The notes beneath the pieces were generated by a model. It made no database searches and had not been told where the DNA came from. It worked only from the letters and a program-made list of their open reading frames with translations. A stretch of 64,000 bases of DNA, from assembly GCA_050575255.1 (NCBI GenBank), contig JBNZDD010013718.1:4175644-4239643 (forward strand). Reading direction: 5' to 3'. Both the position numbers and the translations under genes were made by a program. Positions within the stretch are counted from its first letter, which is position 1. Each line of letters starts with the position of its first letter. Positions 26,301 to 37,712 of the stretch are shown here, in pieces. This DNA comes from Harriotta raleighana. Lineage: Eukaryota.

Positions 26301-29300
26301 TATATATGGTGGTGCTACTTTCCAAAGATTAGCATTCCCTACTATCACAGCACAAATCTTGTGATAATTAATAACTATCAGTAAGATTTGTGTCAGTGTC
26401 TCCTAATCTGAGTGACATTCAATAAGATAACCTACCTACATTAGCTTCTTCCGTCAACCTCAGTTCTTAAACAGAAGAGGAGTATTGGAACATATTGGTA
26501 TGTATTATGTATTAATGCCACACACTTTAGTAGACATAACCAGACAATCCAGCTATAATTCTAGTCCACTAAAAACAGCTAAATTGTACCTGGTGATGAT
26601 TAGATACTTAAATCTACTGCTATCCTGTTGCTTATTTCTTGTGTGGCTGTTTTAACCAATGACTTTACCCACTAGGACATTGAATCTGTGTTAATAGGTG
26701 AATTTACCTTGCAGATTCGTGCTATTCGTGATACGATTGTATTCTCAAAAAAGTCAAATTCTTTGCCAGTTTCACTGAAGAAGAAATATATTTTGCCATC
26801 ATCTCCAATAGGATTGTTCTCTGGTAAATTTTCCGGTATATATGCTGAACCAACAAAAGATGGATCTGAAAAAAAAATTAAAACGATATAAACATTTTGA
26901 TAATGTTCAGCTCCCTAGATTTTAAAATTCTATGCAAACTCTTGTCTGCAATGTGTAGATTAAGAATTACATAGTATTAAAAATTAACTAGTTTCATTTG
27001 AGTGGAATCAATATTTGTAATGTCTCACAGATTGAGACTGTGTTGTTAGCTGGGCCACATAATCCATAGTAACATCACTTAAAGCTACTTCAACAAAGCT
27101 TGACTTATGAAAGCATTGGTTCAAAAGCTGAATTTCAAATCCTGCACAGAAACACAACTTTAAACAATTCACAATTTATTTGGGAGCAATTCACAATTTT
27201 GGCAGTTTGAGTACACTGAGCACGAGGTTGTATGCCTGCGCGAGGATGAAAGGATGCTTCTGACAAGTGCAGCACAACTATTGCATCAATTTGTGGCTGT
27301 AGTTACAGCTGAAATGGCGGATAACAATGTTCGGGGAGTCCAATGAGGGTCTTTATTGACCCTTGGGAATAACTGTCAATATAAAGTACTTCTGCAATTG
27401 AACAATTTGAAAACATCCTGCAACAATCTTTTCCTTTGCAGGTACTGTATATCCCCATTTGTGATGGCTGATTCCACAATCTCATGGAAAACCTTCTCAC
27501 CCCATGCATGGGGCCATTTCTATAATCAGATGTTGAACTGGGCATTCAAACCTGGATTGGATATTGATCCGAAGTTAGACAATTAGTAAAAAGAAAAACT
27601 GATATTGGCTAAAACTTTACACAAAGAGAATACTTGATGTAGATTCTACTGGTCAATGGTGATACCAGAGCCTTGGGACGTCCTCCTGACGTGAAACGCG
27701 CTCTATAAGTGTAATTTTGTTGTTGTTGTTGTACATCAATAATACAATAAAAGCCCATTTATCCGGGACCCTTGGGACCTGGCCAATGACAGTTAAATGG
27801 CATGCTAAATATTCGGTCGAATATCGACGGCAAAAACCCAACACAAATAAAACAAAATTCTAAACATACCATGTTAATAATAGACTAAATAATAACAGAA
27901 TATTGTATGGATACTTACCAATAAAGCAATAAATATCACTTACGGTCTATAAACACAGCACACAATCACAAAGCAAACTTCTACAATGGTGGACGGAAGA
28001 GTTTTTTCCTCTTAAAAGCGGCACTGTCGGTTTTTCCTCTTTTTTCTCTCTTTCTTTCTCTCTTCTTCCCTCTCTCTCTTTCACACACACACTCAGTCAG
28101 TGTGGCATCTCAATGGCTCCAAACCCAACCCCCCTTCACTCCTCTCATTTTTCATCTAAATTAATCAACTCACCCCCTCTCTCCCTCTCTCTCTCCCCTC
28201 CTCTCTCTCCCCTCCCACTCTTCTCTCTTTCTCTCTCCCCTCTTTCCCTCTCTTCCCCACCCCCACCCTTTCTCTTCCTGCCTCTCTCTTCTTCTCCCAC
28301 TCCACCCCCAACAAAACAGTGTATAAACCCACGATACAAACAGGCTACACAGGTAATATCCGCTAGAGAGAGAGGGAAAGAAAGAAAAAAAAAATTGAAG
28401 AGATTGAAAGAAAGAAATTGAAGAGATAGAAAGAGAGAGGGAGAGATAGAGAGGAAGGAAGGAGAGGGAGGGAGAGAGAGAAAGAAAAAGATGGAGAGAA
28501 AGAAAAAGAAAGGAAAAACCGACAGTGCCGCTTTTAGAGGAAAAAACAGAAGTGCCACTACCAGCAGCATTCAGAATTAATCGCACTGTACTCTCGTGTG
28601 ACAATTGACTCATTAAATGCACCACCGCGATTGTGCCGGATAAGATCCAGTTATTCGAATGAGGACCTCTTTTTTGCGGTGCCCGTTATACGGAAGTTAC
28701 GGTTGATCGGGTCACGGATAAACAGGCTTTTACTGTACTGTAAAACATCTACAGTGAAGTTTATGACGCCATCAAACATTAAGCACATTATTTAGTATAT
28801 ATCTAAACACAAAAACATACAAACCATACAATGGTAACTGAAGCAATAAAACAAGAAATAAAGCCATGATACTAAAAATGATTAATGCTGGTGTTAAACC
28901 AGGGCAACTGCATCATGTCTGTGCAGTAAAATCCGCTGATAAAAGACTAGTTGTAAATAAAGGTAATTTCGGGTCATTGAACTGGGGATATTAAGACCAG
29001 TATAAGTATTTGTGTCCGGACTGAATCCAGTACCTTTGTCAGGATAGGAAAAAATGCTTGACTGCATCGCCAACAACATTGTAAATATTTTATTCCAACC
29101 CAGCAAAGAGCATTGAATTACCATTTGTGTCTAAGAGTGATTTATGGATTGTTTAGACATGTTTATTGTGTAACCATCTCATAAGAAAAACATGCCAAAC
29201 TGTACTCTGCATGGAAGAAGAGTAACCAGTTCAATTTCTACAAACACATTTTAGACTAGCTTGAGGAGTCCAACATCAAGGCTGCTGAACAAAATCATTC

Positions 29301-32300
29301 CAATATGCAAGCTTTCCCGCATGTCATCTGCTATACTTACATTGGCTGAGAATATGTTTAGAAATAAACTAGCTTCAACTGAATAGGGCACAACATAACT
29401 TTATGGAGTAAACAATGCTATAGATTGCAAACTCATGTTTCATGAGTTAACGTGTTGTTGATCAACATATAAGTCTGATCCTCTTGTCACATAAAGCTGT
29501 GCACAAACATACAAAGGCTTCCCATATGGCTGTATGAACTTCATAGTCACGGACATTTATGAACTAACAGAGGGATATATGAATATCACATATGGAACAA
29601 TAGCAAGTTGGCATAATTGCACATAAACTTATTCCCACATGATGTATCAATTCACTAAACCAGCTCATAGCTCTGCACACGCAAATAGGAATCTTACTTC
29701 CTTTTGCTTTGTTTGCGTCCAATCTAATCCACATCTGATTGGGTTTGTTGAAACTGCACCACATAGAGGACTCGAGCAGTCAAACACAAAGGTGTAATTG
29801 CATCAAGGCGTTTCCAATTAAGTAATATCCCATTAGTCTTGCTTAACTGATCTCAGAGCAATTTCAAAGTGAACTCTATCACATCAATTTTTTTATATTT
29901 TGTTGCCAGTTACTCACCTTGGAGCCAGTTCAGAGAATTTTCAGTTTTTAATGGTGGTTTATTACCACTTCTTGAAATGATTGGCTCGTTGCCTTGAAAA
30001 TTGCTGACAGTTCCTGCATACAGCTCTCCATCTGATGACAATAAAGATAAGCAAATCGTATGTTTATTTGTATGTTAGGGAAAGTAAAACTTTACATAGT
30101 TGCAAAATGTGCAAATCAATTTTACTCCATATACATCATAAACCAGAACTGTACTATCATTGAGAAACAATGGCGTGTTTAATGGGAATCCAATCCGAAA
30201 CAAATTAATATATGAATTCCAAAATATCCTTCTAAGTGCTCTTTTGTTGGGAGAATTTGGGAGAAATTCTCTCACAGTTGTACATAGAGTGTATATCAGA
30301 GAAACCGGTCATTCTTCCCAACTAGTCCATGCCAGTGTTTATACTCCAATCCCTACTCTTCATTCTTTCCTATAACCTTCTATTCCTTTCTCCTTCATAG
30401 TTATATTGAGCTGGTATTTGTAAAGGCAGAAAAAGCAGATATGGTGTTGCCATGTTTGGTACTTCATGCTATTTATACTTGGTACCTTTCATCCAGCAAA
30501 CAAATACTTCACATTATCATAAACATATCTTAAATCATATAGCGCCTGTCTATGTAAATGTCAGAGGAAAAGGAAAGTGTTTTGGCTGCCATTGATTCTG
30601 TGGAAAAAACTGAACCGCAAATCCAGGAAGGTCAAAAGTTCAATACTCCCTTAATACTGGGTTAGACAATCTCAGATGGTTAGGGTGCTGTCTTCAGGGT
30701 TTAGATTGCCACCACTCCTTTTCTTCCACCCTCAAATTGGCCAGGCCCACTAAGTTTGACTTCTCCTTGAGATTCATGTGAGCACACGGACAAACCACTT
30801 TCGCTCCTCTACCCTTCCCCAACTGAAGAGCCTGTTACAGCTCACACACAAAGAATGGTCATTTAGAAGAGATACAAAGGGCAGGCTGCTCCTACAACTA
30901 TACCTCAGCATAAATTATTGCCTTCAGTGTTGAGAATTGATAATGGGTAAAATAGTACAAAATGACATGCAAAATAAAGTGAAGAGAAGCATTGAATAAA
31001 AACAAGAGAACAAATGGCAGAATGTTCTGGGATAGGACAGTCCTGACAGGTAAGAATGGGCTCGCTTTATTACCAGAGAATATGATCTTGTTTAATCTGA
31101 TCATCTGGAATTCATGCAATATCTGAGAATAATAGATTCAATAACAAGGACATAAATTACGCACCAACAATAACTGCAGTTGACTTATAGGTCGGGTCAA
31201 AGGGACATCGACCTCTTCCATCTTCAGTTAAAATATTACCATTAGCATCTTTGGCTAGAGAGAAGTTTGCAACATGCTGCGTGAAAGAGAGAAGAGGTTA
31301 ACATTTAAAGTCACATGACTAGGTTCAATAATATTATTCCTTCTGTAAAATCTATAAAGACATCGATAAGAGTACTTACGATATAGGAGCAATTGGGGCT
31401 GAAAGCATATGTTCCACAAACAAAAATGTGAGTGCTGTTTAGTTGAAGGAGGATCTTGATGTAATTGAAGCAGTCACTCTGCAGGCAGGCAAATATCAAA
31501 GCAATTATTAGGAGTTATCAGCTTTGGATTTAACAAAACTTCTCGTTTGTTTTCAAACTTACCTGCAAATTCTTTCCCTTAAAATTGCATTCCCTTCTCT
31601 TCTGCCCTGGAGATTCCCAAATCACCTGTAAAATATAAGCAGAAACATTACAGTATGAAGGCTGTGTATCACTAAAGTTGCTGACATTAATCTTTGAAAT
31701 AAGAATTTTACAGTTTTGATTGCATTATGGGAAAGAGTCAGTGTAAGTATTTGATAAACACATAGGTCCAATCTAATTGCAGAAACAGCTCATTGCTTAT
31801 ACCTTGCTCCAAAACAAAGATTGAACAACTTTAGAAATGGAAAATACACACAGCTAAACTTCTCCAATGGAACAACAACAACAAAATTATATCAGTTTAT
31901 AGATGGGATAACAAAATCCTGTGAATTTCACACAACAAGAAACACAACACCAAACCCATCCGATGATATGTTTTCTGGGCCAGTGTTTGGGAGAAAAACA
32001 TAAAATTAAACTTGACATCCTCTGGTATTCTGTTGGCTAACCAATTAAGCAGCACTGGAAGCAGAAGTGGCTGTTATATCAGTCATCTTCCTAGAGGGAG
32101 AGATGGTGAGAAGCAGTCAACATATATGACAGAGGTGTCAGAGGAAATTAAGTCTCCAAGGAAATTGGGTGAAGGAGTGTGACAGAATACTGTCCCTGCT
32201 AAATTGGAGCCTTTGTCTGAGTCCACCTCAAATCCTGACACCTGATCATAAGCCTCAATCTAGTCCCTTAAGAATTTGACAGAATTAATTGGTACTTCAA

Positions 32301-32567
32301 AAAGTAAATTGAAAAGAGAAGAGTTACAAGAAGAGGAAAATGATTAAATATTATATCAATTGCCCTAGATTTGTGCCGCAGCATTATCAAATTAAAATGG
32401 ACATACCTCATTTTTTAATCTATTGGGAGCAATATCTGAAATATTCAAGGCGAAAATGGCATCTCTCGCACCAACATACAGCGTTTCTCCATCAGCACCT
32501 CTCAGCAGTGTGGTGTAATTCACTACCCCGTCCCTGTAGAAATAGTTGACAGGCCTGTCGACGCTAT
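13561..32567 (-). CDS. sema4b: Semaphorin-4B, 13 coding exons spanned; 5'-partial because the signal-peptide exon is not in the window
   Basis: Exons in transcript order: 32567-32407, 31625-31563, 31478-31380, 31276-31165, 30031-29918, 26865-26708, 21560-21379, 18840-18690, 18350-18143, 16529-16414, 15679-15522, 15052-14958, 14348-13561. All introns are GT-AG with matching phases, total 2405 nt. Sema motifs [31 protein letters not shown] and [15 protein letters not shown] motif [11 protein letters not shown], and C-terminus [17 protein letters not shown], which matches the mammalian SEMA4B tail CPRPRVRLGSEIRDSVV as I recall it. Confidence 0.95.
14958..15052 (-). CDS. sema4b: sema4b exon [31 protein letters not shown]
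   Basis: Acceptor atcttgcag, donor AGA|gtgagt, 95 nt. It carries the WxQDIE...C motif and bridges phase 2 to phase 1. This frame is absent from the ORF track. Confidence 0.92.
15156..15215 (+). mobile_element. About 60-bp L2 3' terminus
   Basis: cagtgcgttgggacatcccccgacatgaaaggtgctgtacaaatgtaatcttgttgttg. Confidence 0.75.
15522..15679 (-). CDS. sema4b: sema4b exon, end of Sema plus PSI domain: [52 protein letters not shown]
   Basis: Acceptor tacacag, donor TC|gtaagt, 158 nt, PSI cysteine pattern. Confidence 0.95.
15930..16150 (+). mobile_element. CR1 3' end fragment
   Basis: Remnant [10 protein letters not shown]....VNDWNRL, then ggactcatttaaaaagcagcttgat. Similar to 24985-25305. Confidence 0.65.
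16414..16529 (-). CDS. sema4b: sema4b exon (E)[38 protein letters not shown]
   Basis: Acceptor ctcccaacag, weak donor CGG|gtacaa, 116 nt, phase fits the next exon. Confidence 0.9.
16953..17261. mobile_element. 309-bp MITE, Tc1/mariner superfamily (Tigger/pogo-like)
   Basis: TIRs cagtaaaaccttgataat and attatcgagcttttactg, TA on both sides (16951-16952, 17262-17263). Confidence 0.85.
17868..17941 (+). mobile_element. L2 3' terminus with internal fold-back rearrangement
   Basis: cagtgccttgggacgacctcct...tgctgtacaaatgtaattttgttgtttgttg. Confidence 0.7.
18143..18350 (-). CDS. sema4b: sema4b exon [69 protein letters not shown]
   Basis: Acceptor ttctaacag, donor CAG|gtacgt, 208 nt. Confidence 0.95.
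18690..18840 (-). CDS. sema4b: sema4b exon [50 protein letters not shown]
   Basis: Acceptor gtttatag, donor ACT|gtatgt, 151 nt, PxPRPG motif. Confidence 0.95.
19924..20035 (-). mobile_element. SINE 3' part. Similar minus-strand tails near 23231-23338, 36868-36912, 37781-37833 and 42768-42878
   Basis: aataataatccttgcattagatatagcgctttatca...cttcacagaatata is the reverse complement of the family tail. Confidence 0.75.
21379..21560 (-). CDS. sema4b: sema4b exon [60 protein letters not shown](W)
   Basis: Acceptor tttcccccacag, donor TG|gtacgt, 182 nt. Confidence 0.96.
24985..25305 (+). mobile_element. CR1 ORF2 C-terminus and 3' UTR, decayed
   Basis: Remnants [13 protein letters not shown] and [11 protein letters not shown], typical of the CR1 terminus TRGH...RKYFF.QRV. 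Confidence 0.75.
26708..26865 (-). CDS. sema4b: sema4b exon (D)[52 protein letters not shown]
   Basis: Acceptor ttttttcag, donor AAG|gtaaat, 158 nt. Confidence 0.95.
27666..27732 (+). mobile_element. L2 3' terminus with (TTG)n
   Basis: cagagccttgggacgtcctcctgacgtgaaacgcgctctataagtgtaattttgttgttgttgttg. Confidence 0.8.
27745..28735 (-). mobile_element. Non-autonomous Tigger/pogo-like DNA transposon, 991 bp, same family as 58650-59290
   Basis: TIRs caataaaagcccatttatcc and ggataaacaggcttttactg, TA on both sides. Both subterminal regions align with the 58650 copy in opposite orientation. Confidence 0.88.
28040..28512. repeat. (CT)-rich then (GA)-rich low-complexity arms inside the MITE
   Basis: Visible. 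This tract is the source of the spurious ORFs at 28113-28625. Confidence 0.85.
29918..30031 (-). CDS. sema4b: sema4b exon (D)[37 protein letters not shown]
   Basis: Acceptor tcatcag, donor AAG|gtgagt, 114 nt. Confidence 0.95.
31165..31276 (-). CDS. sema4b: sema4b exon [37 protein letters not shown]
   Basis: Acceptor tctctttcacgcag, donor G|gtgcgt, 112 nt. Confidence 0.95.
31380..31478 (-). CDS. sema4b: sema4b exon [33 protein letters not shown]
   Basis: Acceptor cctgcag, donor ATC|gtaagt, 99 nt. Confidence 0.95.
31563..31625 (-). CDS. sema4b: sema4b exon [21 protein letters not shown]
   Basis: Acceptor ttttacag, donor CAG|gtaagt, 63 nt. Confidence 0.93.
32407..32567 (-). CDS. sema4b: sema4b exon, start of Sema domain: (D)[53 protein letters not shown]
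   Basis: Acceptor ttctttcag, donor GAG|gtatgt, 161 nt, phase 1 to 0. Confidence 0.93.
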
Positions 32568-35500
32568 CTGAAAGAAGAAACCGACAGGTCAGGACAGTAA
32601 GAAATGACAGGCTTAGAAAGAGACATGCACTTTGACTCCTTTTTTTTCCCCTTCTTGAATACCCTAGCTGTTCAGCATGAAGAACCTTTCAGTTTTCGCT
32701 GGGGAAATGATTTCCGATTCATATGATACAAGTTCAAATGCAAACAATACTTTCACATTCAAGTTTAGTGTTTTTTAGAAACAAACCCATTCAATTTGGG
32801 CGAAAAATACACCCAAAGCAAATATCTATTTTCCATTAAAACTTGCTTTTTATATATTTAATGGGCAAATTAATTTAGAAAGCATAAAATATGAAGCCCC
32901 AGCATTTCAGGGCCGAAGAAAGAACAGCAAAAGGCAAACTGATTCATTTTCAATTCCTTTTCATTGCACAGATAACATTTTGAATGGTTCACTTTTACAC
33001 ACCCAAGACTGACAGTTTCAATCACGCAGCTTTCAGAACCTGTCAGAAATATGAATATGGTATTTCAGTGATGTATCACTGCGATACACACTTGCTGAGG
33101 GAGAAGAGTATTATTTGGCCCTTCCAAGCAAACTGAACCCTAGGTAAGTCAAATACAGCCTGCCTGAAAGGTTAGAGTAGGAGCAAGGTGCACCTGTTGC
33201 AAGTAAAAGCTTGCAATCACAATTTTGTTTCCTTTTGTTCATTTACAGTGGCTGAGAATGACAACGTGATGACGTCCACACATCACGGGTCTCCTCGCTG
33301 GTGACCTTGTTGACTACAAACTTGACAGTTAACAATGCTCCTTTAATGCATTATATCACAAGATACACAATGACTCATTTTTCCTCAAACATTAGCATGC
33401 GTGCAGGATTGAAAACCACCATTCATTAACAATCAACTTAGCAATATGATATTCTGTAAATATCCTGTTGAGAAGCAACTTGAGAAGCAACAAGCAGCCC
33501 TGCTTTTTACATCTCAAAAAGCATCTCAAAAGAGCAACAGATGCATATTAGGGTGAAGTTATTAAATAAATACTAATTATCAATGCTGTTTACTGTAATT
33601 ACTCAAGAAACAATAATAATTTGCAAATTATATGGCACCCTTCATGTAAGGCAATATCTTGGGATGTAGTAGCGGAGTTAGATACCAAGCTGGAATAAAG
33701 GGATAGGGGCAAAGAGATGACTATAGGCGCGGTCGAAGAGATAGATTTTAAGGTGATTTAAATTATACTTAATTCTAACACCATTATTGTGATGTAAACA
33801 ATGTTATGTACCAACATGGTTAATTCTAAGAAATGAACTGTCTGGGGATAAAATTCCCTTTTTAGAAACAGCTAAGCCACAAATGCCATCCAAGAGCTTG
33901 CATATTTACAAAACATTTCATTTCCTAAACTAAAAGTTGGCTCTTGTTTTACAGCCAGAGGTAATTGCACTTTGACTGCCTGACTGTTATATTCACAACA
34001 GGGGATGATTTTATACATACAGCAACTATCTTAAGATAGTTACCAAAAAAAATAGAAAAATTCTGTTTGATAAATATAATCTGATTGCTTTCAAATTATA
34101 TTTGGGCACCCGCTGTAAGCTATATCCATCTAGAATAAAGGGCACATATATATTTTTTAAAACTATTAAATAATTTTGAAACTGCACTTGTTTCATTAAG
34201 TAGGTTTATCAGAAAATCTCCAGAGATTTTAAATTTCAACAGCAGAGGCTCTCGTAATCTTTATCATGGACAAATGACCATAACAGAAAATGCATTTACA
34301 AAAATGTTTCTTCTCCCAGAAGAATCAGCTGGCTCTGGCACAATTATTGAAACTCCGCTTTCTTCTGAGTTTTTGGTTGATAGCTGTCCATTGTCATCAT
34401 CATCATCAGAACTTTTTGATCTTGGTTTAAAAGCACTCGCAAAGCATATGTGGTAGAGATGCAGCAAACTACAGTGGATTTCATGGGTCTAAATTTCAAG
34501 ATCGGGAGGACCTAAATCTGCCTACAAGTACACAATGAACATTTCCATTTCCCAACTGAGCCACTTTGCAGGAAATCCTCTATTCAGCTCTGTGGCAAAG
34601 ATCAAAAATGGGGTCTAATGTGCTTTCTTTATGGAGATTCCTTATTCAATGGAAATCATTCTGGTGCCCATAAGAACCATCAGTCCAACCCACACAAACT
34701 CTTCTCTGGAACCAGATTGTATTGGAACGGAGTTCCTTTGGGTTGGTGTGATGTATTTCTGGTTCCCAATCTGTGCGACTTGTTAAGGAATCCCACGGTA
34801 ATAGTGCTTGCAATAGTAAAAGCAGCACCTCACATCTTGAAGATGTCTCAAAGTGCTTTGGAGGATTTTACTACAAAGTGTAGTGACTGGAGCAACCAAT
34901 TTACACAGAGCAATGTCCCACAAACAGCCATAGAGTGAGTGGTCAATTATATGTGTGGTTTGCCAGGACACCCAGAGAACACCCCATTAAGAAAGAGAGC
35001 AATGTGTGTCTCCCAGTGTGCAGAAATCACAGAGGAATCATTTGACCAACTTGTAATCGAACGGTGAGAGTAATCACCTACAAAAGAATGGGTAATGATA
35101 ACAATCAAGGATCAGTTGTTAAAGACAATCGCGTGCAACCACTTGAACTCTATTTATGTAACAATATCTGGCTGGTTACATCTTACACTTATTAATCACC
35201 CTTTCAAACATAAATGGAAAGGCTTTTGAATAGGAGTCTCTGGATAAAACTCTGGGGTATTTCATGTTATAACCAATAAGAAAATGTTCTCCTCATCTCC
35301 AAGTGGCCTTGAGGCCACAACTGTTCATTACATGATGTGGTGCACAGAATACAGCTGCACTCCACTTCCTCTCTAACTGGGAAAGCCTTCAATTACTGTG
35401 GTTGCCCTCAAGCAAACCGGGCTTATAATTTATTTAACTCTTTCCATTTCTGACTCTTTACCAGGATGCTAATTGTAAGTTGTGAGCAGCCGAATGGAAT

Positions 35501-35633
35501 ATTTTCAGACTCATTAAAATACTTATGTTTTCCCTTTTCTCTCCAGTGTTCCTCCTCTCTCCTAACCTCCGATGGAACTGAGTGGTGAGGATAGAGCTCC
35601 AAGAGTGCCAGTCATACTCTATTATCTCATTCA

Positions 35634-35944
35634 AGTCCTCAGTGGTTAGAGCACTCACCTCACAAGTGAGAGACCTGAACTTGAACCAGAGTGAAACCCT
35701 TGTGCAAGTTTCCTTACTAATGCTTGATACTTGATACTTGATACGAATCCTTCAAACATACAATAAATTTGTCATTTCAATCTACGACTGTTTGTGGGAC
35801 ACTGCTGTGAGCAATTGGCTGCCACGTTTCACCCACAAAATATACAGTCAATTCAGTTTACAGTATATTCTGTGAAGAGCTTTGAAATGGCTCGAAGACG
35901 TGAAAAGCGTTATATCAAATGCAAGGATTATAATTATTAATATT
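35634..35944 (+). mobile_element. Near full-length tRNA(Val)-derived Deu-type SINE
   Basis: Head ctcagtggttagagcactcacctcacaagtgag, core tgtttgtgggacactgctgtgagcaattggctgccacgttt, tail gacgtgaaaagcgttatatcaaatgcaaggattat. Confidence 0.85.
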
Positions 35945-37102
35945 AAGTCACCATTCTTCCTATATGAACTTAGAGAGCGAGTAATGAATTACTTGACCAT
36001 GGGAGGAAGGTAACACACAAAAGCACTTTCCAACAGAGGTCACTGGACAGCTATACTGAGTTAGGACCTCCCTAGTTTAAAGAAAAGCATCTGAGAGTAC
36101 TTGTGGCACTATTGCCTACTGCCCTGTCAGCTGAAAAACTACCAGCACAATTAGAGGTTGAAAACTGGCTCATTCTGACTGTAAGGGAGTTTCACCTAAT
36201 GCAGTGGCTTTACCAACTGGACTGTTGGAGAAACTCAAACCTATTATTCACATCATTGCAGGTTTTCACTTGGGAGCAACTTACTTTGCAATTAAGTGAA
36301 CTTAAAATGCTGCAAATTATTCCTCATACAAAATTTAAAAAAAATCTATTTCTGTAGCAAAGGAAAACCTTTAACTGTCAATTTGAAAGGAAAAATCCAA
36401 ATGAGAAAATGAACGATTTCGCTGATTGTGTTCTTTTGATTGAATTTTGCTAAACAAGATTAATCGAAAAGGTTGAATCAAGACAAATCTCAGGCTGAGG
36501 GACATTTTCTGCTCAGGAGTGATCACAGAGCTGTGCTGCTTTCACCTTTGACCAGTTTACTCATATTGAATAACATGTCTGGGTCCGCTTAAAATTATGT
36601 CATCCACTTTATTTGAAGGAGCGTCGCTTATGTGAAACAATGGTGTGTAGTTCATGGATGAATATTACAGAAAGTGTAAATCAACTGCTCTGTTGCATCT
36701 TTAACATATACTGTAATATCAGCCCCACCATCTGCCTTCAGGCCACTATCAGACAGAATATGGGAATGCAATTAAAGGAGCAATCCTTTTTTTAAATATA
36801 TATTGAGAATAAATTTTACTCAGCGGTGAGGGCCAATAGATTTTATTCTAGTCTTAATATTGATGATAATAATAATAACCCATACATTTGATATAAGCGC
36901 CTTTCACTTCAAGAAAGCAATAAGAACAATCTTTATTTTGTTTTTCTTAAATAAAACTGGGTTTGAGCTACTTTCAACTCAGTCAAAGACTTTTTAAATT
37001 GAAGCTCCAAGGTCCAGATTGCCATTCAGTAATTTGACCAAGCGAGGACTGTATATGTATGTGTCTTACCAGCAAGATCTTACTCTATTTGACTGTGAAT
37101 AT

Positions 37103-37150
37103 ACACACATGCGTGCGCACGCACACACACAAACACACACACACACACAA
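37103..37150. repeat. (CA)n microsatellite
   Basis: Visible. Confidence 0.85.
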
Positions 37151-37356
37151 ACAAGATTTATAGAAGTTTTGATCCCAGTCATCTCATTTCTTGGCAAACT
37201 AATTTCATGTTTATAATTTTTCAGCTGTACAGTCAAAGCCTCAGGTTAATAGCCGACATGAAAGATTCAAACTGTATCCTGCACTACTCTAATTGTTTGT
37301 TTTCAGTAAGCAAATGATGGGGAGGTTTGCTTTTAAGTATCGAAAATAAGCTTTTA

Positions 37357-37712
37357 TTGTGCAGTGAGTTAGCTGAACTCAGTGTGGGTGGTATTGAACA
37401 TGCTTTACAGTGATCTTCTGTGATCTTGAACCAGAAGCAGGAAACTTGAGGCTGGATTCAGAGACTCGGTGTTTGAACACTAACCAGGGATCCTGACTGG
37501 AAAATGGACCAGTATTGATACTGGAGAAAGACAACATTTTGCTCTAGCCTGCGACAGTTGAAAAATCCCTCATCGCCTGGTTTCATGTATGAGGGATAGC
37601 CACTTGAGCAAGATGAAGGAGGGCTGATGGCATCTACGGACCTTTAATAATAATTATTCTCCAGTATGAATCAGTACCTGGAAAAGCAGAGGAGAGAAAG
37701 GGAAGAGAATTG
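37357..37712 (+). mobile_element. Ancient interspersed SINE-like repeat. Related pieces near 30655-30930 (+), 39693-39840 (+) and 7340-7410 (-)
   Basis: Shared blocks: gagttagctgaactcag and gggttagacaatctcag; ctggaaa..g; atagccacttgagcaagat and aatggtcatttagaagagat; gatgtctg.g.gagg...ggctc..tgtga. Family not named with confidence. Confidence 0.5.

Noticed and set aside
28113-28625. Three ORFs of 102-151 aa
   Set aside because: Products of CT/GA low-complexity tracts inside a MITE.
34024-34041. Perfect 18-bp palindrome aactatcttaagatagtt
   Set aside because: Isolated and AT-rich, with no associated element or junction.
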